A stretch of 64,000 bases of DNA, taken from NCBI GenBank assembly GCA_963697895.1, contig OY969100.1, positions 448,001 to 512,000 of the forward strand. The letters are read 5' to 3'. How positions within the stretch are numbered: position 1 is the stretch's first letter; each line of letters begins with the position of its first letter. The DNA comes from an uncultured Methanomicrobiales archaeon (GTDB taxonomy: Archaea > Halobacteriota > Methanomicrobia > Methanomicrobiales > Methanospirillaceae). The position numbers and the translations under genes were made by a program. A model generated the notes under the pieces. The model made no database searches, was not told the DNA's origin, and was given only the letters and a program-made list of their open reading frames with translations. This document shows, piece by piece, positions 33,301 to 44,021 of the stretch.

Positions 33301-34257
33301 ATGAAACTTATTTTTGAACTGTCGGGGGAACACCCGGATCTCCCTGTTGCGGAACTGATGTGTATCGGTGATGTGAGAGATCGGTGCACTCAGGTGGCGA
33401 TCGTCCAATGCACAGATCCCGACCGGGTGCAGAGACTTGCGATGACCCATGTGGTTCTGGAGTATCTGGGGGAATGCGATGCGGAACTCGGCCGGATAGA
33501 CAATCTCATAAGGGAACTCTCAATTAAATCGGAACGGCCATTTGCAGGAAGGGCCAAGATAATCTCCGGATGTCACGTGGATGCTTCTCGGCAGGAACTC
33601 GAACGGATGATCGGTACCCTTGTCGGTGGCCCCGTTTCACTGGAGAGGCCGGAAGAGGAATTTCGCCTGATTCTCTCGGATGACCGCTGCTATTTCGGCC
33701 GGGTCATCACCCGGATCGACCGGGGGGGGTATGATCAAAGAAAACCCGGCAACAGGAAATTTTTTCATCCAGGTGTTATGATGCCGCGTATTGCCCGCGC
33801 TCTCGTCAATATCTCCTGCATACAGCCGGGAGAAATGCTGGCCGATCCGTTCTGCGGGACCGGGGGAATCCTCCTTGAAGGAGAGATCATGGGAATTTCT
33901 GTGATAGGGAGTGACATAGACCCCCGAATGGTCGAAGGAAGCAGATGTAACGTCCCGGATGCTGAACTTCTTGTTGCAGATTCCGCATACCTCCCCCTGA
34001 AAGATGCATCTGTGGATTCTGTAGTCACCGACCTTCCCTATGGACAATCGGTGAAGGTTGAGGCACACAGCCTCGAAGCGCTCTATTCAGATGCTCTGTC
34101 AGAGATCCGGCGTATCCTGAGACCCGGGAAAAGGGCGGTTGTTGTGACGCACCAGGACATACGGGAACTGGCCTCCGGAATTTTACCTCTCGAAGATTAT
34201 TTCGAGCAACGCGTCCACAAGAGCCTGACCAGACGGATCTGTGTTTTCAGGCGCTGA
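33301..34257 (+). CDS. tRNA (guanine-10-N2) methyltransferase, Trm11/TIGR01177 family
   Basis: ELSGEHP.LP..E, FFHPGVM.PR.ARALVN, DPFCGTGG, TDLPYG, RVHKSLTR. Confidence 0.9.
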   Translation: MKLIFELSGEHPDLPVAELMCIGDVRDRCTQVAIVQCTDPDRVQRLAMTHVVLEYLGECDAELGRIDNLIRELSIKSERPFAGRAKIISGCHVDASRQELERMIGTLVGGPVSLERPEEEFRLILSDDRCYFGRVITRIDRGGYDQRKPGNRKFFHPGVMMPRIARALVNISCIQPGEMLADPFCGTGGILLEGEIMGISVIGSDIDPRMVEGSRCNVPDAELLVADSAYLPLKDASVDSVVTDLPYGQSVKVEAHSLEALYSDALSEIRRILRPGKRAVVVTHQDIRELASGILPLEDYFEQRVHKSLTRRICVFRR

Positions 34258-34402
34258 TCGGTTATAGGGAGTATCGCCAGCCAGGATACGAGGAACTCGC
34301 AAAGAACCCAGAAATAGAATACCATATTCTGATTCATTTGTTGAAGAATTTTCCGGGCACCCGTTTTTAGAAAAAAAAGAGTAGGATGATCGGAAAGATT
34401 AA

Positions 34403-35116
34403 CTACTTTGAACCGGGGGCGCCGGTCACGATCGGCAGACCTTGTATAAACTCGGGTATCAACTCGCCGGGAAGGCCCATTACCATCTCGCCATCATCGA
34501 TCCCGGAGAATCGCCGCGAACCGTCGCACCCGAGCGAAAAGTTCGGTCTTCCCGTGAGGTAGGTCTGTGCAGTCGCATCAGAACAGACCGACTGTATCCC
34601 GGAAAACTCGGCAGTAATCCGTCCTCCTGTCCGGAATAAAACCGTCTGTCCGAGTTTCAGCATAGCACGGGGTGAAGCGATGATCAGGACCACGTGCGGA
34701 GCGAAGGGGGTCTTTTCAAGGGGGGCGTATAGGGTGGCGTACGTTGTCTTCGATTCCACGTGAGGTATCCGATCGATTGTCCGCTTACAGGAAGCCCAGC
34801 TTTCGAATTTTCCGAGCCGGAAATAAAACTGTCCCGTTTTCAGGCTTTCTGTAATCTCCCTGAGCCCAAGAGCCCATGATCCGCCCATGCACTCATGATT
34901 TTCCGCGGTTGCATAGAAGATTTTTCCTTCCTTCCGGGCCAGATTCACCATCTGGCAGTGCCGTACCGTCCCCTCCATCTTTGGCATTCCCTCTGGAATC
35001 TCGGCTGCGCCTGTCACCAGTTTGAGAGCCACCGGGGAACCTGCGAGACCCAGTGTCTTCTTGAAAAGGTCAGACGCTGCAGCATAATCGATCTGTGACT
35101 TCGTCATCTCTTCCAT
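34403..35116 (-). CDS. DUF169 family protein
   Basis: SPVALK, RHCQMV..AR, C.GG.WALG, FSGIQSVC, SLGCDGSR; start 35116 or 35107. Confidence 0.85.
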   Translation of the reverse strand: MEEMTKSQIDYAAASDLFKKTLGLAGSPVALKLVTGAAEIPEGMPKMEGTVRHCQMVNLARKEGKIFYATAENHECMGGSWALGLREITESLKTGQFYFRLGKFESWASCKRTIDRIPHVESKTTYATLYAPLEKTPFAPHVVLIIASPRAMLKLGQTVLFRTGGRITAEFSGIQSVCSDATAQTYLTGRPNFSLGCDGSRRFSGIDDGEMVMGLPGELIPEFIQGLPIVTGAPGSK

Positions 35117-35187
35117 GTTCAGCACGTCCGTATATGAACACTCCTTACGCTCAATCCTTTTAAGCATGACCCCTAAAAAAAGCTGGT

Positions 35188-35979
35188 TCAAAGCTGCCGC
35201 AGCTTACGGTTCACCTTTTCAAAAAAGTTCTTCCCGGCATCGACAAAGAGTGCGGGCTCCACAGCCCGTCTGACCTGAAGTGTGGCATCGGATCCGAGAT
35301 CTATCGTTTTCTGACCATCGATAACCAACGTTGCCGGTTTCGCACTCTCGAGACGGATCTCGACCGGACGATCGCTGCTGATCAGATGTGGTCTCGAAGA
35401 GAGGAGGAAGGGAGCAAGAGGCACCAGGAGAAATCCCTCGATCCGGGGGTCGACTATCGGCCCACCAGCACTCATGGCATACGCGGTGGATCCGGTCGGG
35501 GTGCTGATAAGTAGGCCGTCGGAACGGAAGCGCTCAGCCGGAACGCCATCAACGATGACGAGAAACCGGAGCATTTTTGCCGGGCGTCCAGTGACTATCA
35601 GCGCCTCATTAAGCGCTTCCCCACAGGATACGCCGTCACGGTAAAGAGCGATCCTCATCCGCTTTTCGGTTGCAAATTCAGAGGAAAGATTCAGGAGAAA
35701 ATCCAGGGATTCCCGGGGCTCCAAATCGGCAAGGAAACCGACTTCGCCCCAGTTGATCCCAATGATCGGTATCTGTTTTTTCATGCGTTGGACAGAGAGA
35801 AGGATAGTCCCGTCACCCCCGACCGCTACTGCGAGATCGCAAACTGATTCCATGCCTGGCAGTCCGTCTGGTCCGGCAATCGTCACGGAATTTCCCGCCC
35901 GCTCGAGGGACCGGCCCAAAGATTCTGTGAATTCAATCGCCCTGTCATCATCTATTCGCGAAATAAGAAGTATTCTCAT
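35188..35979 (-). CDS. nadK: NAD(+) kinase
   Basis: [39 protein letters not shown]. Confidence 0.95.
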   Translation of the reverse strand: MRILLISRIDDDRAIEFTESLGRSLERAGNSVTIAGPDGLPGMESVCDLAVAVGGDGTILLSVQRMKKQIPIIGINWGEVGFLADLEPRESLDFLLNLSSEFATEKRMRIALYRDGVSCGEALNEALIVTGRPAKMLRFLVIVDGVPAERFRSDGLLISTPTGSTAYAMSAGGPIVDPRIEGFLLVPLAPFLLSSRPHLISSDRPVEIRLESAKPATLVIDGQKTIDLGSDATLQVRRAVEPALFVDAGKNFFEKVNRKLRQL

Positions 35980-35986
35980 AAACCGA

Positions 35987-36763
35987 TCACCGGAGATATT
36001 CCACAACCTTGTGATGTATGACCCCGTTTGTTGCAATCATACATCTGCCGATGGTCACCTCATCCGGAAAATGAATCACCCGGCCATCCAGATCGGTTAC
36101 TTTTCCCCCTGCCTCGGTACAGATCAGCATCCCCGCTGCGGCATCGGTCACCCGGAGCGTCCCCCGAAGATCGATAAACCCATCAATCCTCCCGCATCCG
36201 ATATAGGATAGTTCAAGGGCGGAGGCGCCGAGAAGGCGCCAGCGACGGATCTTCTGTCCGAGCTGCATCACGCGGCCGGGATTGAATTTCCTGCCATAGA
36301 TGCTCATGGCACTCTCATCCAGACGGGTTATCGAGGAGACCTGTGTACTTCTGCCATTCAGATAAGATCCCTCGTTTTTCAAGGCCGAAAACGTCTCCTG
36401 GTTTGCCAGGTTCCGGACGTAGGCCTTTTTTACGTCTCCTTCTTCGGCATATGCGATTGACAGTGCATAAAATGGGATTCCGACCACTGCATTGTACGTC
36501 CCGTCGATGGGATCCAGGAATATGGTGCCGGTCTCCCCCTCAAACTCCCGCTTTCCCAGTTCCTCACTGATCAGGGTCCGGCAAAGGGGATGATCGGTAA
36601 GATATGCCACGATGCAATCCTCGGCCACCTGGTCCAGCAGACGCGTTGGTGTCTGGTCTGCACCCATCCTAATGATCTGCCCGCCCTCTGGTTCTCCGAC
36701 GAGGTCCCGGATCGCATCCTCAACCGCATGCGCCATTTCATCACAGGACCGGAGGAATTCCAT
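35987..36763 (-). CDS. Bifunctional FBPase/inositol monophosphatase (SuhB family)
   Basis: [31 protein letters not shown]. Confidence 0.92.
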   Translation of the reverse strand: MEFLRSCDEMAHAVEDAIRDLVGEPEGGQIIRMGADQTPTRLLDQVAEDCIVAYLTDHPLCRTLISEELGKREFEGETGTIFLDPIDGTYNAVVGIPFYALSIAYAEEGDVKKAYVRNLANQETFSALKNEGSYLNGRSTQVSSITRLDESAMSIYGRKFNPGRVMQLGQKIRRWRLLGASALELSYIGCGRIDGFIDLRGTLRVTDAAAGMLICTEAGGKVTDLDGRVIHFPDEVTIGRCMIATNGVIHHKVVEYLR

Positions 36764-36853
36764 AACATTCCCTGCCTGACTTTACGAGTGTATTTATGTA
36801 ACCGTATACTGATAAATGAGTATTGCATTGAGAAACGCGAGTGTGCACATTCC

Positions 36854-37231
36854 ATGAAAGAACAGACAGAAGTGGGTAAACTGAAAGAAGGCCGATACAT
36901 GGTGATCGAAGATGAACCATGTAAGATAATGGGGATATCCATATCGAAACCGGGAAAACACGGTGCCGCAAAATCGCGTATCGATGCAGTCGGCATTTTT
37001 GACGGCGTGAAGCGATCTGTCGTGTTTCCTGTCTCGACGAAAGTGTATGTTCCGATCGTGGAACGGAAGAGCGGCCAGGTAATTACGATTACCGGGACGA
37101 CAGCCAGCGTTATGGATATGAAGGACTACACGAATTTCGAGATAGAAATTCCCGCTGATAAGATCGGAACGGTAGAGGTTGGAAAAGAGATCACGTACAT
37201 AGAATCTATGGGAAAACGCAAGATCGACTGA
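36854..37231 (+). CDS. eif5a: Translation factor aIF-5A
   Basis: SKPGKHGAAK hypusination motif; ATG at 36854. Confidence 0.96.
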   Translation: MKEQTEVGKLKEGRYMVIEDEPCKIMGISISKPGKHGAAKSRIDAVGIFDGVKRSVVFPVSTKVYVPIVERKSGQVITITGTTASVMDMKDYTNFEIEIPADKIGTVEVGKEITYIESMGKRKID

Positions 37232-38103
37232 TGTCTCCGACCGGCATCACCCCCATCCGTTCTCAAGCATTCGCGGACTTCGATACACCTTATGATTCGT
37301 CCCGATACGTGCTGGTAGGAGTTCCATTCGATGGCACAACGTCCTTCCGGCCGGGCACACGGGATGGTCCCGGAGCCATCCGAAGGATTTCATACAATTT
37401 CGAATCCTATGTCCCGGAGTATGGCCTTGACCTAGGGGAAGTACCGGTCCATGATATCGGTGATCTCGAGATACCGGTCAGCGCCGAAGAAGTCGTTGCA
37501 ATAGTCGATCGGACGGTTAGTTCGCTCGTATCCGACGGAAAGATCCCTATCATCCTCGGCGGGGAACATACCATCACCGCTGGCGCGGTACGGGCAGTAC
37601 ACCCCGAAGTCTGTGTTATCTGCGACGCCCACCTCGATTTGAGGAGCGAGTATCGGGGAACCCGTTACAACCACGCCTGTACGACAAGACTCATATATGA
37701 TGAAGGGGTGAAGGAGATCTTCATCATCGGAGCCCGGAGCGGGACCCGTGAGCAGTACGCGTTTGCAGAAGGACTTCATCTGTACCCAGCAGATCAGATC
37801 CGCGAAAATGGAATTGCGGGGGTGATCGATGAGATAATGGACTACACAGGTAGGAGGCGAATGTACCTTTCGGTAGATGCTGATGTCATCGATTGCTGTT
37901 TCACCCCCGGGCTCGGAACCCCTGAACCGTTCGGGCTTACCCCTGGCGACATCAGGGATCTGATTATGTCCATCGGGCCCCTGGCAGCGGGATTTGATTA
38001 CACGGAGGTATGTCCCTGCGACCACGGAGAGACGGCCGCTGTGGCAGCTGAGCTCATTAGAATCTTTATCGCAGCGCACTGGTCTGCAGAAAATCGATCA
38101 TAA
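37231..38103 (+). CDS. speB: Agmatinase (ureohydrolase)
   Basis: GVPFD.T.SFRPG.R.GP, GGEHTI, DAHLD, SVDADVID, PGLGTPE. Confidence 0.92.
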   Translation: MSPTGITPIRSQAFADFDTPYDSSRYVLVGVPFDGTTSFRPGTRDGPGAIRRISYNFESYVPEYGLDLGEVPVHDIGDLEIPVSAEEVVAIVDRTVSSLVSDGKIPIILGGEHTITAGAVRAVHPEVCVICDAHLDLRSEYRGTRYNHACTTRLIYDEGVKEIFIIGARSGTREQYAFAEGLHLYPADQIRENGIAGVIDEIMDYTGRRRMYLSVDADVIDCCFTPGLGTPEPFGLTPGDIRDLIMSIGPLAAGFDYTEVCPCDHGETAAVAAELIRIFIAAHWSAENRS

Positions 38104-38184
38104 AATTTTGGACACCAAAACAACGAAACGAAACCGAGGACATTTTCCCGTTAAATCGGATTCAGTTATCCTTTTTTCCTTTTT

Positions 38185-38637
38185 CTATCTCCGGTATAAT
38201 GCCGCGGTATCCCCGTATTGCAGTACATGCCCTCGCATTGCTGCGACCAGTTGATGCTTTGTCGATCCCTGTTCGAGATTGAGTATGGTATCGAGACCCC
38301 ATACTTTGAAGGTATAGCGGTGTGTGTCGCCGGGTGGAGGACAGGGACCGGAATACCCGATACGCCCAAGATCATTCATTCCCTGCACCGCCCTGACCGG
38401 ATCCGCGACAATCCCGGTCTTTGGAATACCCGGTGGTATGACCGGACCGGGAGGCAGATTCCAGATGATCCATGGCGAAAAAGAGCAACAAGATGGCTGG
38501 AATGGATTTACAGCCATTACGGCGACCGAAACGGCTGAAAGACCTTTCAGGGTGATTCGGGGGGAGGTATCCTCACCGTCACAGGTGTGGGAAGGAGGAA
38601 ACTCGAGGAAATCAAGGCTGACGCGGATAAATTCCAT
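38185..38637 (-). CDS. YbhB/YbcL (PEBP) family protein
   Basis: TCDGED.SP, WIIWN, QG.ND.G..GYSGPCPP.G.THRY.F. Confidence 0.88.
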   Translation of the reverse strand: MEFIRVSLDFLEFPPSHTCDGEDTSPRITLKGLSAVSVAVMAVNPFQPSCCSFSPWIIWNLPPGPVIPPGIPKTGIVADPVRAVQGMNDLGRIGYSGPCPPPGDTHRYTFKVWGLDTILNLEQGSTKHQLVAAMRGHVLQYGDTAALYRR

Positions 38638-38783
38638 GACAATACCCGGGCAATGCATCGGTTGGATCAATATTCAATCTTCCGGGACGCTATCTATCGG
38701 AATGGTATGCAGTCAGCAATATGCGTCGATTACATCCCTTTTCTCACGACATTTTATGGCCGAAACCGTGAAACTAACGTACG

Positions 38784-39219
38784 ATGACCGGAGTTGACAT
38801 TATCAGATGTTATACTGACGGCGCATCCCGGGGCAATCCCGGGCCCTCGGCATATGCAGTCATTCTGGTGCGGAATAATACCGTGATCGCTGAAAATTCA
38901 GGATATCTGGGTGAAGGAACGAACAACAGTGCAGAATATCAGGCACTGATCCATGCGCTCACCCTCGCGGCCACATATACAACGGGGCCCGTTACCTGTT
39001 ATTCCGACAGCGAACTGGTTGTCAGGCAGTCTGACGGGCAGATATGCGATTCGGAAACCCCATCTGCAGATATTTGCCGAACAGATAGACGCGCTCCGCG
39101 ATCGGTTTTCCCGGGTTGAATTTCATACCGTATCTCGGGAACACCGGTATATCCAGCGAGCCGACCGTTTATGTAACCGGATCCTCGACGAAATGGCTGC
39201 TGGTAAAACCCGGGGATAA
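38784..39219 (+). CDS. rnhA: Ribonuclease HI (one apparent insertion at ~39030)
   Basis: YTDGASRGNPGP, TNN.AEY, DSELVVRQ, then LTGRY...V.REH..I.RAD.LCN in the next frame. Confidence 0.88.
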
Positions 39220-39409
39220 TATGGCCCGGAAACTGCAAAACATGGTCACGAATGTGGACGGAGAGGAAAATATTTCTCATATTTCCGCTGCACCGGGTAA
39301 ATTCGCCTGCTCAACTCAAGGAAAAGAAGCCATGCCTCCACCTGCAGTTTTTAAGTCATCCGGGGAATACATTAAAAGCACGAAAATAGTCTGCTATCTG
39401 GTATGAGGT

Positions 39410-40288
39410 ATGTACATGGCTGAAAAAACCGACGAATGCCCGTCTGAATGTTCCGAGGACTGCGCCAGCTGTCAAAGTGCGCCCAAAGGACCCCAGGGGC
39501 ATGGATTGCCTCCAAAGGCGGATATCGATGTTAAACACGTAATTTTGGTCTTAAGCGGCAAAGGCGGGGTAGGAAAATCGACAGTCTCGGTTAATCTTGC
39601 CTATGCTCTCTCCAGTCACGGGTATCGTGTCGGGCTCATGGACCTCGACATTCACGGTCCGAATATCCCCAAGATGCTCGGGATCGAGGGACACCGGCTT
39701 ACCACCCTCGGGAATAAGATAGAACCGGTCCGTGTTACCGGAACCCTCAGTGTCATCTCCATGGGTTTTCTCCTTTCGGATCCAAGCACCCCGGTTATCT
39801 GGCGCGGGCCGATGAAGATGAGCGCGATCAGTCAGTTCCTGAGCGAAGTCGACTGGGGCCAGCTGGATTACCTGGTGGTTGATCTCCCCCCCGGCACGGG
39901 GGACGAAGCGCTTTCGATCATACAGCTTGCGCCGAACGTCCGAGGCGCGGTCATCGTTACCACACCGCAGGATGTTGCGACAATGGATGCGCGGAAGGCA
40001 ATCAAGTTCGTCGAACAGCTCGGTATTCCAACCATCGGTGTCATAGAGAACATGAGCGGTCTTGTCTGCCCGCATTGCAAAGAAGAGATTGATCTCTTCG
40101 GGAAAGGCGGAGGGAAAAAAGTTGCCGATGAGATGCATGTCCCGTTCCTCGGTGCAATCCCGATCGACCCGGAGATGAGAAAAGCCGGGGACGAAGGACG
40201 TCCCTATATTCTTCTCCATAAGGACAATGTCACGTGGAAAAGTGTTCAGCAGGTGATGGAGGAACTGGTGAAGGTGGTTGAACAGTAG
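39410..40288 (+). CDS. mrp: Mrp/NBP35 (ApbC) Fe-S cluster carrier ATPase
   Basis: N-terminal Cys cluster, SGKGGVGKST, DIHGP, DLPPGTGD, ENMS...CPHC. Confidence 0.93.
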   Translation: MYMAEKTDECPSECSEDCASCQSAPKGPQGHGLPPKADIDVKHVILVLSGKGGVGKSTVSVNLAYALSSHGYRVGLMDLDIHGPNIPKMLGIEGHRLTTLGNKIEPVRVTGTLSVISMGFLLSDPSTPVIWRGPMKMSAISQFLSEVDWGQLDYLVVDLPPGTGDEALSIIQLAPNVRGAVIVTTPQDVATMDARKAIKFVEQLGIPTIGVIENMSGLVCPHCKEEIDLFGKGGGKKVADEMHVPFLGAIPIDPEMRKAGDEGRPYILLHKDNVTWKSVQQVMEELVKVVEQ

Positions 40289-40597
40289 ATGGACTATATA
40301 CTCATGCTGCAGGGTAAGGAAGAGCCGCTCAATATCTTTTCAACTATCGCCCCTGCCCTGGAAAATGTTCACCTGCTCCCGGAGATCCTCGAACCGGTCT
40401 ACCGTGAGGCAATCTCATATGACGAAGCCGGACTCGACCGGCTTCGTTTTGCCCTCTTAAGGGTGCAGATCTACGCGGATATTCACCGGAATGAAGACAT
40501 GGAACGGTCGCAGAAGTTGAAGTACGTCGGGCAGGTGCTGGAAAAAGTTATTTTCGGGTCCCTGCTGATGGAACATGAGGAACTCGTAGAAGGATAA
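40289..40597 (+). CDS. Hypothetical protein
   Basis: Abuts the mrp stop, GAAGGTG SD-like site upstream, plausible helical sequence. Confidence 0.65.
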   Translation: MDYILMLQGKEEPLNIFSTIAPALENVHLLPEILEPVYREAISYDEAGLDRLRFALLRVQIYADIHRNEDMERSQKLKYVGQVLEKVIFGSLLMEHEELVEG

Positions 40598-40807
40598 ATT
40601 CTCCAGCGCATTTGAGCAGGGTTCTCTTTTTTTAGGGAGGGAAATGTTATTGATTTCCTATTTCAGAGGCGGAATTGCCGGATTAATTCATATAAGCTGA
40701 ACTCGTAGTGTTCACTTTCTCAAATTACCGGGCGGAGAAAGAATCCCCCTGCAGGTGAAAAACGCAAGGTTATATCGAAGAACAAGGGTAACGGGTATAG
40801 TCACCGT

Positions 40808-42328
40808 ATGAATACTGATAAAAAAATAAAGAGATATGCCTTCATCGCCCGTGTTCCGGATGAACCGGGTGCTCTTCATAAAGCCGCCGAGATCATGAAG
40901 CGGTACGGGGCAAATATCAACCGGGTTCAGTTTGACCGGAGGATCGATCTCGGCACAGTATTCTTTGAAGCCACCTCCACCGGAACAGCATACCGGAGGA
41001 TTTGTGAAGAACTTGAAGCCATTGGGTATCTCCAGTCGTCCCTCAAGGCTTTGAGCCTGCTTCGGTTCTCTGTATTTCTTCCCCACCAGCCGGGGGCATT
41101 GTTTGATTTCCTGAGTTATACGACTTCATCGGGAGCAAATATTGCATTTATCGATTTCGATGATAAAGGAAAGCATCCTGAACGGGTGACCATGAGCCTG
41201 AACGTTTCCGACAGTGCCACTGCTGATATGCTTCTTCAGCAGCTGACGTCAAAGTACCGGATCGAGATCCTTGAATATGACACCACCGGAAAACATCTTG
41301 ATGATACGGTATTTTATCTTCGGTTTGCACAAAATATCCGGTCCCTGATCGGGGATTCTGAAGATGAATTCCTGATGCAGCTGCTCTCCGATATCAACCA
41401 TATCGTTCAGGAACTAATGAATCTGGGGAAGGATCCCCACGAGGTCTTCGACCGGGTGATCCGGATCGGGACGACCCTCCGCAGTACCACCGGAAGAGGA
41501 TTTTATGCCGATATTCAGCGGGTTCCGCTGAACAAGACTTCCCAGCTCATCTGCATCCAACTTCCCTGTGGAGGGAATGTCTTCCTCATCGAGACGCCCG
41601 GGGAGACGGTTATGATCGACACCGGTTACGGTGTCTACTATCCGGATCTCCATGCGCTTCTCACCGGGGCATACTCAGGTGCAGCACGGAAACTCACCCG
41701 GATCGTGATCACTCACGCAGATGCAGATCATTGCGGCGCTTCAGGGTTTTATCCGGTTCCTGCTGTCATGCATCGTGGAACACAGGAGATCATCAGGGAA
41801 GCAAACCGGGCGTACCGATCCCGGAACGAAGCCTCGATCCTCGAAGAAGTCTATACCACCCTGATCAACCGGTTTTCGCGATTCAACCCCCCTCCGCAGA
41901 TAGATCTCTTTCCGGACGGGTACCTCGGCAGGGAAGGGATATTTCCGGTTATTTCCCGCCTGAAGGTCGGGCCGCTTGATTTTACCGTGCTGGAGGGATT
42001 GGGTGGTCATATGTACGGTCAGGTATATCTTCTGTGCCGGGAAGCCGGTCTTCTTTTTGCTGCCGATACGATACTCAATTTTAAGCATTTGACGCCCGAA
42101 CGCTCCGCGTATAATTCAATCGCGGTCTTTCTCGTTACTTCGGTCAATGTCGACAGCGATGTCGCACGGAAGGAGCGCCAGGCACTCCTCGAGATCGTGT
42201 CGGGGATTGACGAGGAATGGAAAGACCGGGAAAGACAATGCCTTATCTGCGGGGGACATGGCCCGATCTCGGTGCGATCGGAGGATGAACTTGTTCCTTT
42301 TGGTCAGATCGAGCACTATAAGGGATAA
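40808..42328 (+). CDS. Tandem ACT domains fused to a metallo-beta-lactamase-fold hydrolase
   Basis: PDEPGAL..AA......NI and PHQPGAL......NI (ACT); MIDTG, THADADH, GGH, AD, GGH (MBL). Confidence 0.85.
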   Translation: MNTDKKIKRYAFIARVPDEPGALHKAAEIMKRYGANINRVQFDRRIDLGTVFFEATSTGTAYRRICEELEAIGYLQSSLKALSLLRFSVFLPHQPGALFDFLSYTTSSGANIAFIDFDDKGKHPERVTMSLNVSDSATADMLLQQLTSKYRIEILEYDTTGKHLDDTVFYLRFAQNIRSLIGDSEDEFLMQLLSDINHIVQELMNLGKDPHEVFDRVIRIGTTLRSTTGRGFYADIQRVPLNKTSQLICIQLPCGGNVFLIETPGETVMIDTGYGVYYPDLHALLTGAYSGAARKLTRIVITHADADHCGASGFYPVPAVMHRGTQEIIREANRAYRSRNEASILEEVYTTLINRFSRFNPPPQIDLFPDGYLGREGIFPVISRLKVGPLDFTVLEGLGGHMYGQVYLLCREAGLLFAADTILNFKHLTPERSAYNSIAVFLVTSVNVDSDVARKERQALLEIVSGIDEEWKDRERQCLICGGHGPISVRSEDELVPFGQIEHYKG

Positions 42329-42431
42329 ATAACAAGATCCCAAATAGGCCTATGAGATAATGCGCGGCAATTTCTCCTCAATCTCCCGATGATTCGGCCA
42401 AGGGGATCCCTGGTTTTTTTCTCCTCATTTT

Positions 42432-43235
42432 TTACCCTTCAATATCTCGTTTCCGGCGATCAAGAAACCGCTTTATTGAGAGATCGATAAACGCCTGCTC
42501 ACTTTCGATTCCGATATATGTTCTTCCGAGATGGTAAGCGGCGAGCCCGGTGGTCGAACTACCTGCGAACGGGTCGAGGACGAGGTCTCCAATCTGCGAA
42601 CTTGCAGAGACAATCCGCCTGAGTAGGGCACATGGTTTTTGTGTGGGGTGTTTTCCATGTTTCTTTTCACCCCGCTTCGGGGACGGAATGCTCCACACGG
42701 AACGCATCTGTCGTCCGGTTTTTTTCAATATATCGTCTTCCCAGTCTCCATTTTTCAGGGTTTCATAATTGAAGCAGTGCTTCGACCCGGTATGCTTTCG
42801 TGCCCAGATCAGGGTTTCATGGCTGGCGGTAAAGTACCTGCCGCTCAGATTGGGAGGTGCGTTTGGTTTAAACCAGCAGATGTCATTCAGAATGTGATAT
42901 CCAAGGCTGGTGAGTGCATACCCGCAGGCATAGATCGAGTGGTAGGTTCCACTGATCCATATACTTCCGTCATCCTTGAGAACTCTTCTGCATGCACCGA
43001 TCCATTCCCGGTGAAACCGGAAATCCTCATCGATACCGCTGCTCCGGTCCCACGTTCCCTTGAGAACCGGCGCTCTTCGCCCGTTCTGGCAGGTAAATCC
43101 TCCATTGGAGAGATTGTAGGGGGGGTCCGCAAAGATAAGGTCGACCGATCCTTCCGGCAGCTCACGCAGAACCTCAATGCACTCCCCGTGATAGAGCGTG
43201 AACCCGTCTTCTGAAAAGTCCGGTTCTTTTGTCAT
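42432..43235 (-). CDS. Orphan beta-class DNA adenine/N4-cytosine methyltransferase (DpnA/CcrM-like)
   Basis: IFADPPY before HPTQKP and LDPFAGS (beta motif order); no neighbouring nuclease. Confidence 0.9.
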   Translation of the reverse strand: MTKEPDFSEDGFTLYHGECIEVLRELPEGSVDLIFADPPYNLSNGGFTCQNGRRAPVLKGTWDRSSGIDEDFRFHREWIGACRRVLKDDGSIWISGTYHSIYACGYALTSLGYHILNDICWFKPNAPPNLSGRYFTASHETLIWARKHTGSKHCFNYETLKNGDWEDDILKKTGRQMRSVWSIPSPKRGEKKHGKHPTQKPCALLRRIVSASSQIGDLVLDPFAGSSTTGLAAYHLGRTYIGIESEQAFIDLSIKRFLDRRKRDIEG

Positions 43236-43424
43236 CGTGAAGAACTCCGCATCTCACCTGCTCTCCGTTCGATGGGAATGATCCCGTGCGCTCAGATTTC
43301 GTTCCGTGATCAAATCCCGTTATTTAACAGGTATGTGCATCCCGCATTAATGATTTACCCTGATGTCCGGGAAGTTATCACGAAATTCTCTTCTGCTATG
43401 CGATCAAACCTGATCAAAGGTACC

Positions 43425-44021
43425 ATGCAGCAGCGAGTCCAGGACATGATGCGCCTCATGTCGTCAAAGGTCCGGTCAATAGCCGACACACTCTCGGATG
43501 ACGAGATACACCGGTTTCTCGACGAGATTCTCCGGGCAAAACGGATATATGTAATGGGTGCAGGCCGTTCCGGCCTGGTAGCGAAGGCATTTGCCATGCG
43601 CCTCATGCACCTCGGTCTCTCGTCATTTGTTGTCGGTGAGACTATCACACCTGCAATGAGCCCCGGAGATGTGATGGTCATCTTCTCGGGTTCCGGGAGG
43701 ACCAAGACAGTCGCTGATATTGCAGAGACCGCGAAGGAGATCGGAGCACGCATCTGTCTGATTACGTCGAATGCAGACTCCCGGATAGGAAAGATCGCCG
43801 ATGTAATCGTTATCATTGAACATCAACGCGATGAAGTTGCGGATGATGCGGCCGAATTCGAGATACGACAGATGATGGGTGAGCATAAGTCTTTTGCACC
43901 GCTCGGCACTATCTTTGAAACCGCCGCAATGGTATTTGCAGATGCTATTATATCCCGGCTGATGGAGATCAAGGAGATTGATGAACGGGATCTCCGTTCT
44001 CATCATGCAAATGTCGAATGA
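43425..44021 (+). CDS. phi: 6-phospho-3-hexuloisomerase (SIS domain)
   Basis: GAGRSGLV.KAFAMRLMHLG, VGETITP, SGSG.T, PLGT.FE, HANVE; start uncertain. Confidence 0.93.
   Translation: MQQRVQDMMRLMSSKVRSIADTLSDDEIHRFLDEILRAKRIYVMGAGRSGLVAKAFAMRLMHLGLSSFVVGETITPAMSPGDVMVIFSGSGRTKTVADIAETAKEIGARICLITSNADSRIGKIADVIVIIEHQRDEVADDAAEFEIRQMMGEHKSFAPLGTIFETAAMVFADAIISRLMEIKEIDERDLRSHHANVE

Noticed and set aside
35188-36763. Frameshifted NADP phosphatase/NAD kinase fusion
   Set aside because: Clean stop, 7-bp spacer and own ATG; both halves are complete, consistent with two separate genes
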